The position numbers and the translations under genes are program-made. This document shows positions 54,601 to 64,000 of a DNA stretch of 64,000 bases, one piece after another. Every line of letters begins with the position of its first letter. Position 1 is the first letter of the stretch. The stretch comes from Bugula neritina (Eukaryota > Animalia > Bryozoa): the NCBI GenBank assembly GCA_964035545.1, contig OZ037772.1, positions 6,122,889 through 6,186,888 of the forward strand. Direction: 5' to 3'. Below the pieces are notes generated by a model, which saw nothing but the letters and a program-made list of their open reading frames with translations, did no database searches and was not told the DNA's origin.

Positions 54601-55765
54601 GCCTGAAATGTTGGCCATTTTCACGCTTAACGGTAGCTCAACAAACAAAACTGATAAATTTACCGATAAAAGTGTGCTGGTGAACAGAGAGCAGAGTGGA
54701 AGACGAAAAGATGGACGGGGGACATTTCAAAGTCAGTACACATCCAAGTACTGTTGGGAATTTCAAAGTAGTTCATAAAAAATTCCAGAATTTGTAACTA
54801 ATGTTATTAGACCAGCAGGAAGGATTATGAAGAAAAATCCCCATTTTGACAAATTATCTCATCCTAGAAGTAGTCTTAAGAGAATATGTCAATGTCAATA
54901 AAGTCCTATCAAAAGTTTGTTGGCAAATTCTAATCCTATGGTTAGAATGGTGTATGATCTCAGACAAACTTCACTTTGTAAACCAACATTAGAAATTAGA
55001 GATTTGAGAAAGACTATGAGGTCTAAAAAAAGCTAATCTGAGTTCAAAACAGACTGTGCAGGCATCCTCGAAAAGAAAATGTTATAAAAAAAATATTAGG
55101 AAACGGAGAGCTTAGAATATTCATTATATGACGTTTGTAAAAAAACAGTGAGAAAAAGTACTGATTGAGGATTAGGAAATCAATTTGATTATACAAATTT
55201 AACTTAAATAACAATAAAAGATGGTTATGGTAAAACTTCATTATTTAAATCTAAAACTTTATCATTGGAACGAAAAGAGCAAGAATAAGAAAGAGCTGAC
55301 ACTACATCATGAGTTGGTTTTCCAACTTTCTTGCTGACAATGACCTTCTCTGTGTCGTTTAATATTTGGTCGACATCCACTCACGAGGTAGGTTAAAGCT
55401 CTATTTTAAACAACTGCAAAAGTAAACTCGAAATGGGAATTATCACTATCATTTTCGCAATTGCCTACAGAAAAAGGAAAAAGCTGACCAAACCTCCTAA
55501 GAAACATGATTGTAATGGATTCAGTAGGCTTTATTGACTAAAAGAATATACAAAGAACACAGAAGACCCAACCTGAAGAAAACTTCAATACTCTAGAAGC
55601 AAAGTTTTGGAATAGGCAGGTATATTCCTCCAAAAAAAATTAAAAGGTATGTAGTACATTCTACAGACTATATCACAGCCTACATGACCCTGTCACTCTA
55701 AGTCTCAAGGCGTTTGTAAAAACCATGAGAAAAGGTGCTGCAATGACTGAGGATTAACAAACTGT

Positions 55766-56340
55766 TTGCGAGTTCATATACCGCAACATTTCATAACCAC
55801 CCTCTGTCCCTGTGGTGAATTTAGTTACCACAGGGACTATATCCTTCGACATCAACGCACCATGGGGTGCCACGTGGGACAACTGTACGACGTGGACCGA
55901 CGCAGCTTTCCTACCTTCTTGAATCTAATAAAACCCTTCATCACAGATCTTCCCGTTTCGAGCGGCTGAAACAAGGGTTCCCATCTCCCCGCCTCATCAC
56001 ATACAGACCGTGTCCGAGGCCTCGCAAGTATAAGACACCCGCCAGACCCCCTCCTTCTCCCCCAGCACAAACTATACCCCGTCCCACCTCCCTACCACGA
56101 GTCGTCCTACAGAGGATTGAAGTACTTAGGAAACGACGCTGTCCCTCCCCCGTTTGCTCACAACCTTCCAACAAGCGATGCTGGCACTCCTCCTCCCCAA
56201 ACGGCACTCCACTACCGTTCAGAATCTGAAAGAAGTCGAACTCCGGATCCACGACCTAGAGACCGAAGTGCAACGGCTGACCCCCTAGAGTGGCTGCCGC
56301 CGCCTCAGAGCTCAAAGCCCTCCGTGCCTTCGTGACCTTA
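55766..56340 (+). pseudogene. Frameshifted zinc-finger-like plus Pro/Arg-rich ORF inside an LTR-element remnant
   Basis: GC-rich island reading LRVHIPQHFITTLCPCGEFSYHRDYILRHQRTMGCH...IKPFITD, continuing after a frameshift as RFERLKQGFPSPR...PPPSPP. Confidence 0.55.
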
Positions 56341-56776
56341 CTCAAGCGGGGTGACCAGGACTGAGTGTCCACCCCTCCACACTGCCCCAACACCCGTCTG
56401 TGTGACGACTCCCCGGTGTCGCGGAAGAAGCAATACTCCCCTTCCCCCCTCTGCTTACTCTACACAACTGCAGGTGGTGTCTCTCTCTTTTTCTTCCCCT
56501 CTCTCCCCGTGTCGTCTCCTTCATCTCGGTGCCGTAGGATCTCCTCGTATAAACACCATTTCTGATTGTTGTATTACTTTCTTTTTTTTATTTTTTTATA
56601 TAGACTGTGGGTCCAACAGTTTTGTCTTTCCTTACATAGTTTTAACCGTAAATATATCAAAGAGTTTTTTTGGTCTTATATTTTTTATGTGATACTTTTG
56701 ACACTCAGATTTATCGCTGCAGATGTTTTACTTGTTTTATATTTTTGTTAGGTATCAGGAAGGTGTGCTTCCTGCT

Positions 56777-57076
56777 GGGGGGGGGCGGTGTAATGGGGCG
56801 TGGAGTATACGTCCCACGTACCCTCCACCAATCAAACGCTATTATTAGTTATTCCCGCCAGTGTTGAGTCACGCAGGTCGCAAACAGGCTGAATTCATAT
56901 TAAGACTAGCAGTGATGCGATGCAGTAATAGTAAATGGTGACACGCAATATATATTTTTCCTTGGATTATATTTTATACAATAAAGACAATAATAATTAA
57001 TACCAGTGGATTATTATTGACTCGACACACTAACTAGACTTACTAGGAAACCCACGCAGCTATTGTGCGTCGCACA
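56777..57076 (+). mobile_element. Polypurine tract plus 3' LTR of an LTR retrotransposon
   Basis: G-run at 56777-56788 abuts TGTAATGGGG (56789). AATAAA lies at about 56980 and the probable end is ...gtcgcaCA at 57076. Confidence 0.7.
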
Positions 57077-60000
57077 ATATACAGGCATTCTCTGGTTTAA
57101 GTATAATATAAACAACTTGACCGGTATTTGCTAGTGCTAGTGACCTGTTGTAATTGGTCCACTAAAATTATTTCTCAGTGCACTATTGATAACAGCAGAG
57201 GCAACAAATTGCAAAAAAATTCTGGCTCACCAGAATAGCGGAGTACATGCGCCAACTGGCAGCATACTAAAAATACACAGACAAATGTCAAGGTGGAAAG
57301 ACATGGTGCTTTAACAGACATTATTCAACCTTGTCATTACTAAAAATGGGAAAGGGGTTGAAAAAGCGGAGCAAGGAAGTGATGGACTTGCTTGAAGTGT
57401 AGTTTCAAAACTAGTCAACAAGATCTTGGATAAGAAAGGTAGGCCATTGACTACAGCGACTAGTACAAAAATTAGGAGTGATCGCCTAATCCTAAATACT
57501 TGTCTCATGTAGTGGAGAAAATACAAAAGTGATTGACCAAGATGAGAAGTACACAACTAGGGAATTTGAGAAATTGTAAAGTTATGCCCGGAATGGCAGT
57601 GACAACCAAAACATCGACCATTAAAAACATGCCAGAGGCCCAATTTCAGAAGATCAGGTGGTAGAAAATTAGAAATGAGGTAAGAAAGAAGTATCCAGGA
57701 AAGTTAGAAGAGATGTTAGAGGAAAGTATAGAAGAGAAACAACCTGTCTGAGAGACAACACATCCATGGGCTTTGATGATGGCTCAACAGGAGAATGGGG
57801 AGAACTAAGATTGGAAACATGCATAGAACAAGAGTTACGGTTCTGGAAACCGGAGGTTGCGGAAAAATTATTGAAAAAAGTTGTACACAAGGAGTAGCAA
57901 ACAAGATGAGAGGAAAATCACGAGGTGTACAAAAACGATATTGTGAGTGCAAAACAGACTGTGGTACTCCCAAAAGAAAGTCATAGAAAAATATATATTG
58001 GAATTTAAAAAATAATGGGCAAAGAGTGATTTATACAGACTCGCCAGGACTAGGAAAAAGTGGGATCAAGATATTGATCGTTTGGCATTTGTGAAAAATA
58101 TGCAAAAAATCTCACAAAATAATCTCGCATAAAATTTTAAGTTTATATTATATAAATACCTTACAATAATAACTACTCCTTATATTTATTTAGTAAGTTT
58201 TAACTTTATAATATAATGCAAAATAAAGTACACCACTAAGTATATTTATTATTATACAATTATTTGTGAAATGAAAACTGAAAATTAACACAGGAATTCT
58301 AACAGTATTGCTGTGTAATGCTGAGCAATGTATGTGGGTTATAATATATAACCATTACCTTGTATATCTATATAGTTTTAGAATAGGCTCTATTTAATTA
58401 TAATATGGAACTTTGTTTAGTAGTTAACTGACATAACCTTAACCTGTAAATTAGAGGCAGGTGCAGTAATGGAGAAATTGAGAAAAGCCTGTGTTCTAAA
58501 TTAAAAATGTAGCTTACAAAGTTGTGTTTTCAAAAGAATTTCAACCTGCACCCCAAACTAAAACTTAATAACAAAATTTGAAAAACTTAGGCTATCTCAA
58601 TTTCTCCACCACTGCTCCTAAATGAAAATTACGTATACAGTATAGAATATAATAATGCCGTCTAATATTATATTGCTGTTCAATACTAATACAGTTGATT
58701 GATATCACTTATCTGAAACTTGGCTCCAGAGTTTTGTCTTCCACTTCACTATTGCTGCCGTTTCACATGCTGCCTCTGCAAATATTTTAATATTTTTTGT
58801 AAACAAAAGCAATGTTTACAAATCAACAGATACATCAGAAAATGCTTAGTAAACCAGCTTGAGGCACACATTACTAGACAGTAAATTCTCTCTTGTATAT
58901 CGGAACCATGACTACACAGTTAGAATCACACAAGTTTAATTGTCAATTATACGAATGTAGCTACTTTGTTTAACTCACATCATTATTAAACCAGCGCACA
59001 TTTACAGAAACACACATTCACTGAAACATATAAGTTCACAAATACCACCTCCAGCCTACAGTCCACAACACAGTGTGTTGATAGATACGTTCTGCATTGA
59101 ACTGAACAACTTGAAATATGCACGCATTTCATTAGCATTTCACATGTTTCAATTTTGCTGCATTGGCGTGATCTAGAGGCGTTTCTTGTTTCATTAATTA
59201 AAAATATTCCTAAATTATTAGCCAGTTTCAAGTCTCTGAACAAGTCACTATATATTAAATATTAGGAGTTACATGTCAGCATACATTGTACACAGCTCTC
59301 GGTAATCAAACTGAGCTATGCTAATTACTAGGTATCAATAATATGAAGTATATATGATTAGATTTATATGGGCTCTAAGAAGTGGGAAGACAACTTCTAA
59401 AAATAGAAACACTCTAAAGTTCAAAACACATAATAACATTATGCTCTTTAAAATTATATTTTGAAATTTCTGATCAAATTGCAATAAATTTAGACAACTC
59501 ATGGTTTTGATAAATTTCTTTCAAGCTTTCAAATTCTGAACTTATAATTTTGATTTTGATTTAACAACTTAAAGAAAAGCAGATATTCCATATATAGCCT
59601 ACAGACTACAGCAACAATGAGCTGCTACATAGCTAAATACAATCTAACCTGCACCTGCCTGTCAGATGAAGCTAATTTCTTTTAGCTGTCACTTTATGCT
59701 TCACAGAGCATGGATGACACCAAGGCTGGAGAGGGAGGGGGGTTCCTGTTTTACTTGACTATTCCAGAAATCTAGTGTATATTCTAGTAGCAGCTTCAAG
59801 TTAGTGGTCACTGGTAAACATAGCAATAACAGTTTGAGAATATATTACATAATGTATTACATAATATAGATGCAGTTTAATTATCTCTTTAATCTATATG
59901 TAAGTATATCCTATAAAAACAGACAAACTGACAAAGTTTAACTTTGAAATATATCTGCAATTTTGTATTCAGTTGAGATACAAGCAGATTCGACTACTTT

Positions 60001-60449
60001 AGCCTGAGATCTAATGACAGTTATCAACCCTTTTTCCAAATATCATTATGAGAATTAAACTGAAGCCGGGTTGCCCATACTAATCACTAGCTACAGGGTA
60101 AATATGGTGACCGTGAGAGTTTGGGCAATTATTGATTACTTTAGCAAACATTTGACTCAAGTGCAACTGATGATTTTTAAATCAACATAAAATTTGGTTT
60201 ATTAGTCATTTTGATGACATTTTCATGGTCAGTATAATGATATAAACTTACCTGAATTGTACAAACAGCTATTTATGACAACCTCAAACAGCTGCCTCCA
60301 GTTGTGAAATACAGGAAACCTCAATGATGGAGTCCAACTGTAATGGAAAAAATGGATATTGCATTTTAATAATGTAATAAACAGTCTATGACAGGTAACT
60401 GCTGCATATATTATGTTTCATATAGGGATTCCTATTTTGTATTCAACAT

Positions 60450-60675
60450 GTATAGCAGCATGTACAGTATATATACAGAGTATATAGCAGCACGTACAGT
60501 ATATATACATAGTGTATAACAACATGTACAGTATATATACAGAGTGTATAGCAACGTGTACAGTATATATACAAAGTGTATAGCAACGTGTACAGTATAT
60601 ATACAGAGTGTATAGCAGCGTGTACAGTATATATACAGAGTGTATAGCAACGTGTACAGTATATACAAAGTGTAC
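60450..60675. repeat. 32-bp minisatellite (tatagcaacgtgtacagtatatatacagagtg)
   Basis: About 7 copies directly visible. Confidence 0.93.
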
Positions 60676-63600
60676 GTGGCATAACCAAAGTAACCAGAGG
60701 GTATATAGCTACGTATAAAAGCTTTCAATACCAGCAAAAAGGCAGTTGATTATAAACCATGATGGATTAAGCCATCTTACTGCTTCTATTATAAATATTA
60801 ACTACCAAATATGTACTAAATGGTACGTTATACCAACACTGCATGCTGACCTTGTGCCTTTAACTTCTTTTATTCTTGCAGCAGTCTATTTGTTTCCAGT
60901 TCTGTCACCTCTTTCAGTAGAAACATAATACACTGTCACAAGCTTGATTTGCTTATTATCAGCTGCTACAACAAATTGTTATGTATAGACATTACATAAT
61001 GCAATGTCCATTAATATTATTAGACATTACATGTTGCATAGTGCAATCTTACCACTGGATGGATGTCACTGTCTAGATTTACAGAAATAGCGGCTGTAAT
61101 TTGAAAAGTTAGAGCAGGAGTGCAGTCCAACCTTTTCAGACAGAAGGCCACTGAAAGGGAATATTTTGTGGCAAGGGCCACATTGTAAACTTCAGCTTCA
61201 GGCCACAGCATCAGTAATTTTCAAATTAAACTGTTTCAAATTATCATGAATAATTACACAATCAAGTCCCAACTGTTGCTGCAGGCTGCATGTTTTGTAG
61301 CATGGGTAGAAAACAGTCACTGGAAATCATGCATGTGTGAAAACTAAGTTTAGCTTTATGCCTCCGAGGGCCACATAAATGTAAGCTGGGGACCACATCT
61401 TGGACAGCCCTGGATTAAAGGAAATGTAGCCATATTATAGATGTATGTTAGCCATTGCATTCTCAATAAAGGATTTCTCTAAGAATATTTAAAAATGTTT
61501 ACTCATAGCATGGGGTAACACATGGGTATAACTCCTGTACACTGCTTTGATATTTTAAACAAGTGGCGGAGTATAGCTATATTAGTTTTTGGGTAAATGA
61601 TGGCTTAGCGCTTGTTATTTTTAGCACAGATACTGTAAAAGATTGGATAGTAAGGGAAATCAAACATGCATAACAAAAGTTCTTCCAACTCAATATAATA
61701 TCATGTGCGTAGTTCCTATTTTGTAGCAAATGTATAGTGTGGACAGTTTTCTGTTATTAATGCAAGGTAAGTAACAGGAACCAAAAGTTAGTTACTGTAA
61801 TTCTTACACCCATGCTATCATTGTCTTATTCCTATTTAATTTATAAATTCACATTTATGTCATTTATGCAGCTTTTACACATAAGCTTACAAAACAAAGA
61901 TAACATTTTTATATTATTAAACAAACACATTTGGGGCAATGACCTTCAAACTAATTGGCCTTCTGGAATATTTATTAGTCACCCCTGTTTATAACTTGAA
62001 GTCACACAAATTATCCCTGGCAAACCTTTCAATATCACTTTACAAATTACCTAACAAAGTAACTAACACCTAGAAGAGCAAAGACAATGAATGTTAATGT
62101 TATCAGTCACAATAATACGTCATTAGGTCTTACCATATCAATATGGCTTCTAATAAATTCTTCAACTACCAACTCCATTCATCAAATCACGAAACCCCAT
62201 GAGTCTATGCAGCTGTAATAAGAAAAAATGAAATTATTATATTAAACATATACAATAAACAGCTCAGAACTAGGAACTATGAAGATGAGCATTTTATGTT
62301 TCATAAATTATGAATCAATAGTATAATTATAGTATTGTATGAGCAACATATCAACATTAGTCTGTATGATATATAGAATATTTTAATAAGTAGGACCTAA
62401 ACTTGTAATCTAAATAAAAATGATGAGTTCAGAATTGGCAGGCCTAAAAGAAATTTAACGAAACCATGAGTTGTCTAAATTTATTGCAATTTGATCAGCA
62501 GTTTGAAAAATAATTTTTAAGAGCACAATGTGTTTCTAAAACTTTTCTTTCCACTTTACAGAGAAAGTATATATGCAGACATAGTCATATATACTCCATG
62601 TTATTGATACCTATATAGTAATTAGCATAGCTAAGCTAGATTACAGAGAGCTGTGTACAATGTATATTCATATTGTATGCTGGAATGTAACTACTAAGTA
62701 CTAATTGTCTAATACATAAGTGATAGAATGAAACTTGTCTAGATACTTAAATAGCGCAAAAGATAAAAGCGGACACAACTCCAAACATGAGAATCTCTAA
62801 CTACTGCACAACTCAGAGCTGGTTATAAAACCATTCTAATCACTCCTTACTAGCTACTACTATAATATATTATATATATGATATCCAAACTTCAAACATC
62901 TCGATCAACAGACCATATATGGTCTTTTACATATATAAACAATAGCGGTTACTTTAAATTTCCAGTTTTCAAACTGACAGCCTAAAAGTTTTTGTAATTG
63001 ATGTTTATGGTGCAGCTTAATAATTTTGGGATAATTATGGTCATTAAATTTGATTAAATGAATAGCTACCAAGCCAGCTATTTGCTTTTCAATTTGATCC
63101 CTAAATTTCAAAATTATCGGTAAATTTTAACGCTACTTTCAAATGCACAATACTGCTGTCAAATTATACAGAGCCAGTTTATTTTATTTAGATTACATTT
63201 AGAAGAACATGTAAATAAACAGAAATATTAGTCACTATATTTTGAATCGTTATAAATTGAGTTTATCATTTTGAATTTTCAATTTTAAAATGGCTGCTTT
63301 GAGAGGTCTAATTAAAATGATTGATTTAGCTAGTCAATTAAGGTCTCCCGTCACTTTAAGAAGCTTTTTATAATAGAAAATACTCTTAAAATTATACTAC
63401 CCAGTTTATTTAAGGCCAAAATCAAGTGTAACTTCTTAATAATGAAATTGAAAGTTATGCAAAATTTGTTAGCAAATTTCGCGATAGACTCAAAAGAGGC
63501 ATAAAATTACATAATTTCAAAGTTGATTGCGATCGCGAACACAACTTGATTTCAGAACTTTTAAGGTTCCTAGTGAAAAGTTAACCACAGAAAATTTTTT

Positions 63601-64000
63601 TTTGCTAATGTCTTTTTTGGCATGGGCCTAACACTAACAGGGCTAATACTAATACAGTAATAGCAATAGCTATGAGACGTAAAAAAATTATAATCATAAT
63701 GATAATGATAAATATAGCTTATCATACAATGACAATCTATAACCATAAAAAATATATAAATTGTTAACACAAAAATATATGTTTCTATCATTCTCGTTGT
63801 AAAATCAGTTTTGTGTATTAGTTTAGATTAATATTTTTATAATTCTTACCTCAAATCCCGGGTCTCCGTCTAGTAGACTGGCTTGTCAACTGCCGTCCCA
63901 CTAGTAAATGAGTTGCTGGATCTCTACTTTTGACCAATGAAACAGCATGTATCACTTCTGCCCAATGAGAACCTCAGAAATACAAAGCTGCAGGCTGTTG

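Larger units (their letters stand above)
50865..57410. repeat. Interleaved degenerate segmental repeats
   Basis: Repeat sets: 50868/53697/57085 (tataatat.aacaacttg.c), 51440/51983/57243 (gcgccaac.gg...aaatgt.aaggt), 53150-53305 ~ 54605-54762, and 54240-54480 ~ 55442-55690. Confidence 0.75.

Noticed and set aside
60432-60737. Repetitive ORFs / CRISPR-like periodicity
   Set aside because: This is a head-to-tail 32-bp minisatellite without unique spacers, in a eukaryotic context with no cas genes.

Overview
AT-rich, intron-rich eukaryotic DNA from an invertebrate animal (probably a lophotrochozoan; inference only, no taxon can be proven here). Splicing GT-AG exons by hand gives four gene sets: (1) the 3' part of a divergent SLC18B1-like MFS transporter (+, <1-7651); (2) a six-exon glycine N-methyltransferase-like gene with a remodelled active site (+, 11182-18457), carrying a decayed THAP/P-element transposase in intron 1; (3) a four-copy cluster (21-33.5 kb) of secreted signal-PAN-PAN-F-type-lectin genes, three intact and one pseudogene, with mosaic exons and altered fucose-binding motifs; (4) a seven-exon RING-B-box-coiled-coil-beta-propeller TRIM-like gene (+, 37263-45627). 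Mobile DNA includes an RTE-like LINE inside a long inverted-repeat element, a Penelope-like RT fragment, two tRNA-derived SINE families, non-autonomous TIR elements, two back-to-back solo LTRs and a 3' LTR preceded by a zinc-finger/proline-rich ORF. The region 47-64 kb is mostly decayed repeats and exon-like remnants. Best candidates for undescribed biology are the PAN2-FTLD lectin cluster, the adjacent divergent methyltransferase/transporter pair and the LTR-borne zinc-finger ORF. All exon models are manual predictions without transcript support.
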